Positions 12,799 through 22,958 of a stretch of 64,000 nt of DNA are shown piece by piece. The translations under genes were made by a program, and so were the position numbers. Each line of letters opens with the position of its first letter. The stretch's first letter is position 1. The notes beneath the pieces were generated by a model, which was given only the letters and a program-made list of their open reading frames with translations, was not told the origin of the DNA and searched no databases. This DNA comes from Lingula anatina (Eukaryota; Animalia; Brachiopoda): contig CM120649.1 in the NCBI GenBank assembly GCA_051362555.1, positions 7,936,001 to 8,000,000 of the forward strand. The letters run 5' to 3'.

Positions 12799-13366
12799 TG
12801 TTAAGTCTCAATCTTCGTCGGTTAGACTTTACAAGAAAATAATGTAACGTTCGTTAACGCGCCGGTTCTTGGGCCTTGTTGTTGTGCGCCCAGCTAATCA
12901 AGTCAAATGAATAAGATTCCTCTTTGATGCACGTGGAAATTTAATACGGTCTTTTGGAAAATATACATAGATTTCGTTTTTACATAGTAACTGACAGTTC
13001 AAAAGGTATAACGATATCGTCAGGCCAAAACACGATATGCCCTCACCTTAGAAGAGGGCAGCCTTTATAGATCATTCAGGAATTTTAATAATCCAGGAAG
13101 ACGTACACTTGACTGAGCGCAGTCCTTTCGTCTCCGGCTCTGCCTCCACTCAGTCACCGTGTTTCCTGGATCATTCCCACCCCTCTCAGCCTTCAAAGGC
13201 ATTCCTGAATTTATCTCCGGTTATCATCATTCCTGAATGTCTATTGACTGTCCCCTTCTAAGTTTATCTTAAGATTATTTTAATTTTAAACGTCCACGTT
13301 ACTTTAAGATTATTTTAATTTTAAACGTCCCCGTCACTTCTAAAATACCCAAAGTGGTATTTTACA
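12799..13366 (-). repeat. 3' LTR
   Basis: TG...CA ends, preceded on the minus strand by the purine-rich GGGTAGTATAGTGG (PPT-like, 13367-13380). TATAAA at about 13064-13069 and ATTAAA at about 12940 on the minus strand. Confidence 0.95.
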
Positions 13367-13705
13367 CCACTATACTACCCACCGGTTGAAATGTTCACAT
13401 TTCAACTACAAGAAATTAAAATAATATGTTAAATATGCTTCAATAACGTCTACTTTAAAAATCTATCCTAATAAACATAGAATCATAGATATAAATATAA
13501 GGTATTAAAGTAACCAACATTTGTATACCCTTGAATTGTAGTAATACTAATTCAATACTCAGATATATGTACAAATAGTGCATATCCGCTTCGTGATTAT
13601 GGCATCAATTAAACTTTTACCGTTAATTGACAAATTACTGTATGGTATAACATGATATCAAACAAATACACCTTAAAAGGTAAACCCCACGCTTAAACCA
13701 GACCC

Positions 13706-15811
13706 TTAAATCGCGTGTTGTTCCATCAGCATATGCAACGGAGGTGCAGGAAGCGACTCGTTCAACGCTAGTTGTTCTTGGGCCGTCAGCGCCTGCGCCT
13801 CAGGTCCGTGAACCGTCAGTGTGTCCGAGGTTGCTGTCAGCTCCACCGGGACATAAGTGATGGTCTCACAGTCGTTAGTACTATTGGCTGTTACCGTACG
13901 CTGATGAACAGGGCTGTCCGGTGCTGAAATATGACTCAACTCAAGTTCATTTGACATGGGTTCATATAAAGCGTTATCACATTCCTCATTAGGTCCACTA
14001 GACATTTCTGATTTCCGTTTATTGGCGTGATGGCTTTTTTTAATTATTTCCCGCCAATTACATCGCCGATACCCACATATTACAATCAGAATCACCCCAA
14101 TCACAATGAGGGAGCCAGTGGTCGTTCCAATTACTAATTGTCGCCTAAATTTGTTAGCAAAAAATATAGAAAAGGGATTCGGTTCATCGCTTATCGGAGA
14201 TAGCAATATACGTTTAACTGGTTGTAAAGGTGTTAATTCGTCAGGTTTCATGATGTGCAAAGCTACGCTAGCCGGAATAATATTTTGTACCTGCAAAGGT
14301 TTTATATCATTTACCATGAGTGCCTTAACGCTTACTTTGCCCATCCGTTGTTTTAAACCCGGTAGTGTGAAGTTGGTGGCCGTTATGGAACAGCCGTCAC
14401 TTACATGTATCAGGTAAACCCCTGGCCATAGGGTATGTGACACAGCAGGTGACCGTGGACACCGTGTATATATTGTTTCCCCCGAAGTGGTAAGCGCGTA
14501 ATCCCCTAACGCTAACTCTACTGCCTGCGACTGTACATACCTAGTGAATTCTATTTCACATGCTCGCCTATGTTTCACCTGCCCGGTGATCAAGGCCCTG
14601 GAGCATAGTTCTATACCAGGTCGAAACATCGGTCCTGACCTGCATACAATGGGTCGCCACCCTTGGCAGTTCGAAGGGTGAAAGATGTCCCCCGTGATAG
14701 GATCAATCCCAACGTTGGTGAACGGAATTATTACCTTTGCTGCTATCCCGGACGTGTTGTATGGTGCGGGGAAGCTAAGAATCCGGTATTTCTGGTATAC
14801 CCGCCGTGCAATGAGGGGTAACTTTACCCGGTATATCAAAGTCTCACCTCCCCATGCTGGATTGACCACGACATGCTCGTAATACCAGTTGATCGGTTGA
14901 ATTGGCAAAGATGTAACATTCACTGTCGCTGTTGTCAAGATATCCTGAAGTTGGTCGGGCGGAAGCAGTTCTTCTGTTAAACGACCCAATTCAAGGCTTG
15001 CTTTCTGTCTTAAGTATTTCTCCATAGCTGTTTGAAATGCCGATACCATACGTTCATATTCCGATACTGCTAATTCGATTTGAGAAGCGCAATATAAGTT
15101 GTTCAATTTACCTTGTGTTATATTTAATTGTGAAACTACTGCTGGAAAATTGTGAGTTACAAAATTTCGAATGTATCGTTGAATGTTGTTTATACTTTGT
15201 CTCCCTTCATCTATTAAATCATAAGTGTGGTTTAATACTGATACGAGATCATTAACTTTATGAACAAGTAGTTTATTTTGATGTCTGGTCTCCTGAACAA
15301 TCTTAGTAACTTCTGCTAAATTTTCGTCTGTGGATAGGCCAAAAAGACTGTGAAAGGCGTCACCAACAAAATTCAGCAATCCTCTTTTGGGACGTAAAGC
15401 TAAACGATGGGATGAATCATAGTGATATTTCGTTATACTTAGCGTTGTCAGCGTCCGAAATTTCTCTTTGCAGAAGTCGAGTCTTCCCATCCACAGGTCA
15501 GCGATTCTCCTAGTGATAGTACGGGAATCGATGAGGTTTTGAATTTGCAGTTTGAGTTTAGCTAACTGGACCCAATGGTCGTCTGTGAAGACAGGGCGAT
15601 CCACGGTTACGAGTAAGTTCCACTCTGTCGTTTGGATAGCCATGTCTACCCGTCCGGTGACTAAAACGCCGTCTGGTATCGGTATCACTTCAGATGTGGC
15701 GTCCGTGTGTATTCTAGCAGATGACAGCAGAGCCATCCATATTAAGATGTGCTTGAAGCCCCTTCTTTTCTCCGTTGTTTGGACGAAGGTTGTGCCTCGG
15801 GACTTGGACAT
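13706..15811 (-). CDS. env: Envelope / class I fusion glycoprotein (baculovirus F / errantivirus env-like), 701 aa
   Basis: N-terminal hydrophobic leader, then furin site RPKR followed by fusion peptide GLLNFVGDAFHSLFG. Heptad region, Cys-rich ectodomain with N-glycosylation sequons, TM helix (LIVIGVILIVICGY) and a long cytoplasmic tail. Overlaps the end of pol by 70 nt. Confidence 0.9.
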   Translation of the reverse strand: MSKSRGTTFVQTTEKRRGFKHILIWMALLSSARIHTDATSEVIPIPDGVLVTGRVDMAIQTTEWNLLVTVDRPVFTDDHWVQLAKLKLQIQNLIDSRTITRRIADLWMGRLDFCKEKFRTLTTLSITKYHYDSSHRLALRPKRGLLNFVGDAFHSLFGLSTDENLAEVTKIVQETRHQNKLLVHKVNDLVSVLNHTYDLIDEGRQSINNIQRYIRNFVTHNFPAVVSQLNITQGKLNNLYCASQIELAVSEYERMVSAFQTAMEKYLRQKASLELGRLTEELLPPDQLQDILTTATVNVTSLPIQPINWYYEHVVVNPAWGGETLIYRVKLPLIARRVYQKYRILSFPAPYNTSGIAAKVIIPFTNVGIDPITGDIFHPSNCQGWRPIVCRSGPMFRPGIELCSRALITGQVKHRRACEIEFTRYVQSQAVELALGDYALTTSGETIYTRCPRSPAVSHTLWPGVYLIHVSDGCSITATNFTLPGLKQRMGKVSVKALMVNDIKPLQVQNIIPASVALHIMKPDELTPLQPVKRILLSPISDEPNPFSIFFANKFRRQLVIGTTTGSLIVIGVILIVICGYRRCNWREIIKKSHHANKRKSEMSSGPNEECDNALYEPMSNELELSHISAPDSPVHQRTVTANSTNDCETITYVPVELTATSDTLTVHGPEAQALTAQEQLALNESLPAPPLHMLMEQHAI

Positions 15812-18800
15812 AACGCCGCTCTCTTCTTATAACGGGTATTGTAGCTATGATCTGCCGGTCTGCGTAGCTGTGGTTCTCTATCTGTCCAGCTATCCCACTC
15901 TAATGACGTCTCGGATTCGGCAGAGTCAGAGTCGGTATCGTCTTGCTGATGTGAAGTCCCCTCCTCTAACTGATCTCTCAAAGGTGGCACTGGAGGTATT
16001 ATAGCAGTCTCGGGGGTGGCCTTTTTCCTTGAGTTACGCAACGGTCGTGGTCTGACCTCATCCCAAGCTATATCAGGATCAACTACGCGTAATTTATTTC
16101 GATTCACGGTTATTATCTTTCCAGATAGTTGATTCCTAATTTTGAACACCTTTCCCCACTTATCAATAACCTCCCATTCCGGATCCCACTTTGAAGTTAG
16201 GGTTAATCGTTCCTGGGCTTTAACCACTACCGTGTCACCAATTTGGATAAGATCGGCATTGGCTTTTGCATTAATTCTGGAACGGTTATATTGCCTGGAA
16301 TTTTTAAGATTCACTTGGGCGCAACGAAGCGCTTTAGACATTTCCCTTAACCGACCATGCAATGCGTTTGTCTGACTGGTGGCTTTTAATGCTTTAGTCA
16401 GTGGCAGTCTCCCCCTTCTACCGTACATCAAAAAGAACGGTGTAAACCCTGTGGATGAACTGGGGCTATTGCGATAAGCACATACCGCATTTCCTAATTG
16501 GTTTTCCCATTGAAGTGCATCATTGTCGACCAATTTCGCCAACAATTCTTTAATGGTTCTATTTACTCGTTCAGTTTTACCATTTGATTCAGGATTATGA
16601 CCTGTAGTTGACCTATGATTAATTCCCAAATCTGTCAGAAATTGTCTAAAACTTAGACTTTGGAATTCCCCACCCTTATCCGTGATAATAATTTCCGGAA
16701 TACCATGTCGCGGGAAGAAATCTTTTGCCAAAACTGACTCCACTTCTAAGGAAGTTTTATTAGGTATAGGATATGACTCGACCCACCCAGATAAATGATC
16801 GATGGCATTTAAAATGTATCTATTGCCCTTATCACTTTCCCGAAACGGACCAATTAAATCTAACCCAACAATCTGCATGACATACGATGGAATAGGCATT
16901 TCTCCAAATGGCGCGTGTTGTGCCCGCGATTTATGTACCTGACATACCGGACATCGTTGCAGCTGCGATGTAATATCCCGTCGGATTCCGGGCCACACGT
17001 ACGCTTCCTGTACTCGGTGTTGTGTTTTCGCAGCCCCCATGTGGCCAATTTCTTCGTGACATCGCTGGATCACAGCCTCTCTGTATTGGAAGGGAAGTAC
17101 TAAACGTGGATAGACAGCAGCTGTACGCGATGGTTTCTTTACTGAATAAAGTAACCCATCTAATACTGCAAGGTCCGAATCTTCTGTTCCCGCATTCTTA
17201 AACCACGCTTGGAATTCTTCTTCCTGTTCTCCGCGTAACTTCTCTGGTAGTAAATCGTCTGCTTCTAGGGGTATTCGTTGAGCAGCGTCTTCATCCGGAA
17301 GCGCGTCCGGGTCCACCCATTCATCTGTGTCGAAAGTGGCGACCTCTGGTGGCGGCAATCTACTCAAAACATCCGCTCGTACGTTTTTCTTACCTTGTAT
17401 ATATTCTATCTTCGCCCCAAACTCGGACAGCAGCATAGCCCAGCGTTGTACCTTGGTGTTGCGCATTTCAGCCGTGAATAAAGATCGTAAAGGTTTATGA
17501 TCCGTGAAGATGGTAAAATCGGACCCGATGAGATACGGACGTAGCTTACTGACGCAGAAAATTAAACTGTAGGCTTCGCGTTCAAGTGTGGACCAGCGAA
17601 GAGCCGGTCCTGACAAGGATTTAGAGACATACTGTATGACACGTTCCATTCCACTGTCATCTACCTGAACTAAAATGCCCCCTACCGCGTAATTGGATGC
17701 ATCCGTATACAAGCGATACGGCCTGTCTGTCCGGGGATACGCCATAATCTCATTCGAACACAACTGATCTTTTAAGGTTTGAAATGCCTGTTGTTGTTCG
17801 TCCCCCCATACATATTTCTCGCCCTTCTTGGTAAGTTTGTATAGGGATGATGCTGTGTGAGCAAAATTGGGAATGGTTCGCGAGTAATACTGACACATGC
17901 CGAGAAAAGACCGAATACCCTTGACCGATTTTGGTGGTTCTAAGGCGGAAATTGCTTTTGTTTTCTCGGGATCACTACTGATACCATCGGGGGTCACAAT
18001 GTAGCCTAAAAGTTTAATTTCTTGTTGGGCAAATGAACACTTTGATGGTTTTAATTTTAAACCGGCGTTGCGCAATCGCTGAAATACCTGACGTAAATGT
18101 TCTGCATGTTCTTCTTTTGTTTTACTAAACACGCAAATATCATCCAGATAAACAAAACATGATACTCCGATAAGGCCACTCAGAACCGAATCCATCATGC
18201 GTTGAAAATACGCAGGTGTAATTGACAACCCAAAAGGACAACGTAAGTATTCAAATTGACCCAGATGACAAACAAATGCTGTCTTTTCAATATCCTTTTC
18301 AGCAATGCGAATTTGTGTGTACCCTGAACGACAATCTAGTACTGAAAACCACTGTGCTCCACTCACCTGATCAAAGATGTCCTGAATGAGGGGTAGCGGG
18401 TACCTTGCGGGTGTAATAAGCTCGTTCAATTTTCGGTAGTCCACACAAAATCTCGTGCTGCCATCCTTCTTTGGTACTAGTGTAACGGGAGAGGCCCATG
18501 GACTGAAACTTGGTTGAATCACATTATCTTTCAGCATTTCTTCAATTTCAGATTCTATAAGTTTTCGCTTCGCTAATGGTGTGCGATACGGTCTCTGTCT
18601 AATGGGCACATGATTACCCGTATCTATAGTCATCGGTTCCACGGTACTTAACCCGTGTGGTTCACCTTTTACACTAAACACATCATTAAAATCAATCAAG
18701 ACCTTATCTATTGCCTCATGACCCACAGGAGTTGCTTTTAAAAGTGCGGTACATAAATCAGTATCTTGTTGATACTGTTTATATTCAACCAGCGGCCATT

Positions 18801-19173
18801 CCCTACGACACCAATACAGTGTATTAGTGTCATAATTAATGACTCCCCTGTGTGCTTGAAGCGTGTCATTACCCAATATCATTTGATGGTCAATATTGTC
18901 TACAATTAGCATCTCTACCACATTTGCAAAGTCAATACGAATTTGAGCCTTTCCTAACACCGTAAGTTGTTGACCCGTTATACTAATGACGGGTTGTGTA
19001 CTTTTCACTAATCTAGGTCTACTAGTCTTTGCACATAATTTCTTAAATACTGAGTAATGGAGCAGAGAGGTACTAGCGCCCGTGTCAACTAATGCTAAAC
19101 AAGGTTCCCCATTTATAGATACACTAACCCCCATACGAGCCTTCTTACGCCTCTCTGCTTGAACTAGTTTAAA
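15742..19173 (-). CDS. pol: Pol polyprotein (PR-RT-RNase H-IN), expressed by -1 frameshift from gag
   Basis: LVDTGA protease, YLDD RT, TDAS RNase H, HHCC zinc finger and D-D-E integrase (DLIGP/TDKGGEF/NGKTER) in Gypsy order. The frame is open from the slippery site to the stop. Confidence 0.95.
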   Translation of the reverse strand, partial: FKLVQAERRKKARMGVSVSINGEPCLALVDTGASTSLLHYSVFKKLCAKTSRPRLVKSTQPVISITGQQLTVLGKAQIRIDFANVVEMLIVDNIDHQMILGNDTLQAHRGVINYDTNTLYWCRREWPLVEYKQYQQDTDLCTALLKATPVGHEAIDKVLIDFNDVFSVKGEPHGLSTVEPMTIDTGNHVPIRQRPYRTPLAKRKLIESEIEEMLKDNVIQPSFSPWASPVTLVPKKDGSTRFCVDYRKLNELITPARYPLPLIQDIFDQVSGAQWFSVLDCRSGYTQIRIAEKDIEKTAFVCHLGQFEYLRCPFGLSITPAYFQRMMDSVLSGLIGVSCFVYLDDICVFSKTKEEHAEHLRQVFQRLRNAGLKLKPSKCSFAQQEIKLLGYIVTPDGISSDPEKTKAISALEPPKSVKGIRSFLGMCQYYSRTIPNFAHTASSLYKLTKKGEKYVWGDEQQQAFQTLKDQLCSNEIMAYPRTDRPYRLYTDASNYAVGGILVQVDDSGMERVIQYVSKSLSGPALRWSTLEREAYSLIFCVSKLRPYLIGSDFTIFTDHKPLRSLFTAEMRNTKVQRWAMLLSEFGAKIEYIQGKKNVRADVLSRLPPPEVATFDTDEWVDPDALPDEDAAQRIPLEADDLLPEKLRGEQEEEFQAWFKNAGTEDSDLAVLDGLLYSVKKPSRTAAVYPRLVLPFQYREAVIQRCHEEIGHMGAAKTQHRVQEAYVWPGIRRDITSQLQRCPVCQVHKSRAQHAPFGEMPIPSYVMQIVGLDLIGPFRESDKGNRYILNAIDHLSGWVESYPIPNKTSLEVESVLAKDFFPRHGIPEIIITDKGGEFQSLSFRQFLTDLGINHRSTTGHNPESNGKTERVNRTIKELLAKLVDNDALQWENQLGNAVCAYRNSPSSSTGFTPFFLMYGRRGRLPLTKALKATSQTNALHGRLREMSKALRCAQVNLKNSRQYNRSRINAKANADLIQIGDTVVVKAQERLTLTSKWDPEWEVIDKWGKVFKIRNQLSGKIITVNRNKLRVVDPDIAWDEVRPRPLRNSRKKATPETAIIPPVPPLRDQLEEGTSHQQDDTDSDSAESETSLEWDSWTDREPQLRRPADHSYNTRYKKRAALCPSPEAQPSSKQRRKEGASSTS

Positions 19174-20219
19174 TGGTCAAAAGGTTGCTGTTTCTTACGT
19201 AAAGCTTTGAGTTGGTAACATTCTGCCTTTACATGACCTACTTTACCACAATGAAAACATTTTATTTGTCCGTCTGCCGTCCAACCCTTACTGTCCTTCG
19301 ACGATGGTGGCGATTTGCGTGGGTGTCGTCTTGTGTTGGATGACGTCATCGATGGTTCGCGTTGAGCTGCGTTTTTCAACGCGGATAAGATCGATTCTTT
19401 TAGTTCTGTAGCCCATCGTGGTTCTTGATCCAACGGTTGTGTCGCCCCGATTTCCATTGGCTCCTCTATGCGGCGTTGAGGGTTGCTATTTCGGTCTCCG
19501 TAGACGGTCTGGAATAGGAGATCACCCACCTCTTCATTGTCCACGTATCTCATAGCTTCTTGCAACGTTGACGGCCGTCCCTTCCGTATCATGTCTCTAG
19601 CGAGGCGAATCTCATGCAGGCCCCGCGTATAAGCCTTAACTAACAGGCGTTCCGCTTCCTCGGATCGTGGAAGTGGGTATGCTTTACGCGCCACGTCTCT
19701 AAAGCGGCGATTATAGGATGCCGTGTTTTCAAATTGTGATTGTTTTATTCGTTCTAATTCGGCGCGAATACAACTAGTTTCATCGGCAGAAAGGAAGACC
19801 CGTCGAATATGGTTTCGTAGCACCGTCCAGTCCGTTCCAAAATACTCTGGCTGTTGATTTAAGAAATAATCTATCTCACCTGCCATTGACCCTTGTGCCG
19901 TCTGCAGTGCCAGTTTAATTGTGGCGTGTTCAATTTCCTCCGTCCGGGGAATTGTTCTTTCAATTTGGTCAATCCAGTCTCTCGTGTCGTCCGGAATGGA
20001 CCCATCACAGGGTTTAATAGCCCTGCACAGGACATCCAATTTTGTCTGGTGCTCACCTTCTATTTTCATGCGTTCTATTCGCGCATTTCGAGCGTCCTCC
20101 GCTCGCCATCACTCTTGCATCAAATTTCTCCATTGTCCATCCTCTTGGTGCGCCTGCACCGTTGTTTTTGCTAAAGCTGCAACTCCGGCGGACAGCTGCT
20201 GGAGAGAATCTGGATTCAT
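19164..20219 (-). CDS. gag: Gag (capsid + CCHC zinc knuckle); one in-frame TGA at codon 37
   Basis: The ATG at 20219 is in frame with ORF 19164..20069, with TGA at 20111-20109 (probable CGA>TGA). Contains EEPMEIG and the CFHCGKVGHVKAEC knuckle. Confidence 0.85.
19167..19173 (-). promoter_or_regulatory. -1 ribosomal frameshift heptamer U UUA AAC
   Basis: Gag ends CAT TTA AAC TAG. A -1 slip gives TTT AAA CTA GTT ... CGT ATG, in frame with pol. Confidence 0.85.
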
Positions 20220-20244
20220 TTTGTTAGATTACTAAAAATTAAGT

Positions 20245-20262
20245 CCTGAAAAGAGCTCGCCA
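20245..20262 (-). promoter_or_regulatory. Primer-binding site (tRNA-Arg-like, TGGCGAGC...)
   Basis: Removing the ISL2EU insert restores LTR ...TTAACA-AT-TGGCGAGCTC, whose TGG pairs with a tRNA CCA end. The tRNA identity is inferred from the GCTCGCCA 3' end of Arg-ACG tRNAs. Confidence 0.65.
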
Positions 20263-20264
20263 AT

Positions 20265-22956
20265 GGGGAATACCCGCTTTAAGGGTCTGCCGCTAGATGG
20301 CGTGGGGGTGAAAGCAGTCCTTCTTAAATCTCGCAGAATCTCGCTCACGGCTTTACACCAGAGTTTAACATGGAGCGTGTGCACGCGTCGCTGACAGTGA
20401 ACCAACTCAAACGCAATTTACTTGAATGTGGTGCCATAACATCTGGATGAAAATGTGAATTGACTGAAAGGTATGTGTTTTCTTTTCATTTAGTGCTTGA
20501 AAAACAAGAATGCTAACTATTTTCCTTGAAAAAAATCGAACATTAGTCGAGGTGTGTGTGTCAAATCTGACATGTTATGTACATGTAGACTACTGTAGGT
20601 ACGAGTAGGCCTACGCTCATATTTTGTTTTAGTAGCACGAAAGACGAAGATTTTTTATACTTAGTAAATTTACTTTTTTTTTTCTTTATAAGGTTACCCA
20701 AAGAAGGCCCATATATTGGGGGCAAAGCCTGAAACTGTCGATTTCAGGACCCCAGGACAGCCAACTTCAAGAGCAGGATAAAATGATTACTTCAGGAATC
20801 TTACCCGTCACTTCACATCAGCGGCAAAGATTGATGTAGCCACCAGTTATGCCTACCCTAAAGCTGACTTACAGGCGGCTGTGATGGACAACAACTATTG
20901 CCAAGTGCCATGAAAACAATAATGCATGGATAGAGGGAATGATGTAAGTGAAAACAGAGGTCTAATATTAAGAATCAGGCCCAAATATGAGAAAGAATTA
21001 TCAAACTAGGTGATGTGTGACATCATAGAAATATAAAATTGTATCTTAACTATTTAATGCTGTAACCATCTACCATGCTTTAATGGGATATGACTATTTC
21101 AGGTTGAGGAACAAACAGCGAAGGACACTGAGCATAGCAAGTTACAACAAGGAAAGAGCGCAATCTGACACAAGGAGAGACAATGGCGGATCACTGCTTC
21201 CAGATTTGGAGAGATAATGTCAGCTACAGAGAAGAAGTATATGAACAAACTGTATGAATAATTGTTGTGTCCAAAACCATTGCAGACACATGACAGTTGG
21301 ACCCGGACCCGATTTCCCCTTTTTGGAATGTGTATCTCGTGCACGAATCTGGGCCTAAAGAAAACCCGCGAATACTATACTAAGTTAGAAGGCCAGATGT
21401 TCATTACAAATCGCCCATTCTGCTATTTTGCTGTGTTTACATTCAAAGATCTGTTTGTGGGGTTGATTCATTCTGACGCTGGATATTTTTCTACATGTAT
21501 TTTGCCCAGGATAACTTTTTTTTAATGAAAAACACTATAGGAAGTATGTGTCAACCAGTTTATAGAAAGTACCCCTGTATGAGATGGTTTTAGCTGCAAT
21601 TATAATTTTGAAGTGCAATTTTAAAAAATGTTTTCACTAAAATGAAATAATTTGGCGGTGCTATATTCTTTACAAAAAGTACTTATGTGTTTATGCTGTT
21701 TTTAATAATATTTAACTGTAATGAAAAAAAAAACCCATGATGCTATTTTGTAAAGTATTTTAGCGGGATGAAATAAATTGCTAGTTGTATTTACAGCAAA
21801 TAATTTGGTTTTTCTGCTTTTTAAAGAATTTTCAAAGTGATGACATAATGTGGTGGTTCTATTCAAGTAAAATAATTCATAAGTACTATTTTGTAAAAAG
21901 GAACAAAAAACTGTTAATTTGTAAAATGTTTGCTTTCTTTAATTTTTATTTCTTAAACTGTTACAAAAAGTTTTCCATACCTACAGTAATCCATTGGCTG
22001 AGAAATTGCAGCTATATATTCAGGAAAGTTATAGCACAAATAAATTATCTAAGTATTATATGGTTTCATGGTTTTTACTATGGACTGAATAATTATTTTG
22101 TTTAAATAAAATATTTGGTTTTGCTGCTTTTTAATGAATTTTCAGAGCGATGAAATAATATGGTGTTTCTACTCAAGTAAAACAATTCAGAAGTGCTATT
22201 TTGTAAAAAAAGAACAAAAACTGTTCATTTATAAAATGTTTTCTTTCTTTAAATTTTATTTCTTAAACTGTTACAAAAAGATTTCCAAACATGCATTATT
22301 CCATTGGCTGAGAAATTGCATCTATACATGAACAAATAAATTATCTAACTATACCTAGTTTTATGATTCTTACGAGGTACTGAATAATGATTTTAAATAA
22401 AAATAATTATTTAATGAACATTACCGGTCATGCTCAATACATCAATAAAAAAGGATATTACTTAATAACACAACCTTATGCGGGTAGTAGGCTACCGGGA
22501 CTTATATATATTTACTGAGAACTCTTCTGAAATTACGGACATAAGAAAACGCACTTTGATAAATCATACTTCCTAGGGGCACTTTCTTGCTATGGAGCTC
22601 TCTTTCCAAAACTTTATAAGTTTTGCCAAGATCAATTAACCTTTTTACGTGTATTCTTTTTGAGGCAACTCGTCTATCTTTAGGGGCCTAATTACTGTTC
22701 CTGGGTCAAGTTGTAACTGACCCTTTAACATGGAAGGTGTGTTGACATGGGCAACCCTTCACTTCAAACGAAGCCCTGAATCCTCAAGAAAATTATGCCC
22801 ACCTTGCCGACTTTGACATTCAGGTACACAACAATACTGAGGCATGTTTATTAAGGCCAGTACCACAGTCCAACGTATACAATATCCAACATGGCGACCT
22901 AGGAAGGACTGAATTCACACTAGCGACACCTGGCGCCAAGCGGGCTGGTATTCCCC
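20265..22956. mobile_element. Non-autonomous ISL2EU (PHIS superfamily) DNA transposon, 2692 bp
   Basis: TIRs GGGGAATACC / GGTATTCCCC and 2-bp TSD AT. The + strand has a decayed SAP exon (20370-20470, LTVNQLKRNLLECGAITSG*KCELTER) and a YqaJ exonuclease motif (ERQWRITASRFGEI, about 21175-21220). The minus strand has a THAP start (22845, MPQYCCVPECQ...) fused by deletion to the DDE C-terminus (VASKRIHVKRLIDLGKTYKVL). Confidence 0.88.
21800..22405. repeat. About 310-bp tandem duplication inside the ISL2EU element
   Basis: Two diverged units start at about 21800 and 22112. Their ORF translations are paralogous (NFQSD.I.W.FYSSK). Confidence 0.8.
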
Positions 22957-22958
22957 AT

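Noticed and set aside
13365-13378. TAGTATAGTGGT on the minus strand resembles the tRNA-Asp D-arm
   Set aside because: Only about 12 nt, with no cloverleaf or B-box. It occupies the expected PPT position next to the 3' LTR.
14106-20235. Several + strand ORFs of 60-150 aa within the provirus
   Set aside because: Antisense shadows of gag/pol/env with no motif support.
20289-20303. CTCF-like motif CCGCTAGATGGCG near the ISL2EU end
   Set aside because: Single motif match in a transposon subterminus; cannot be separated from chance or a transposase-binding site without data.
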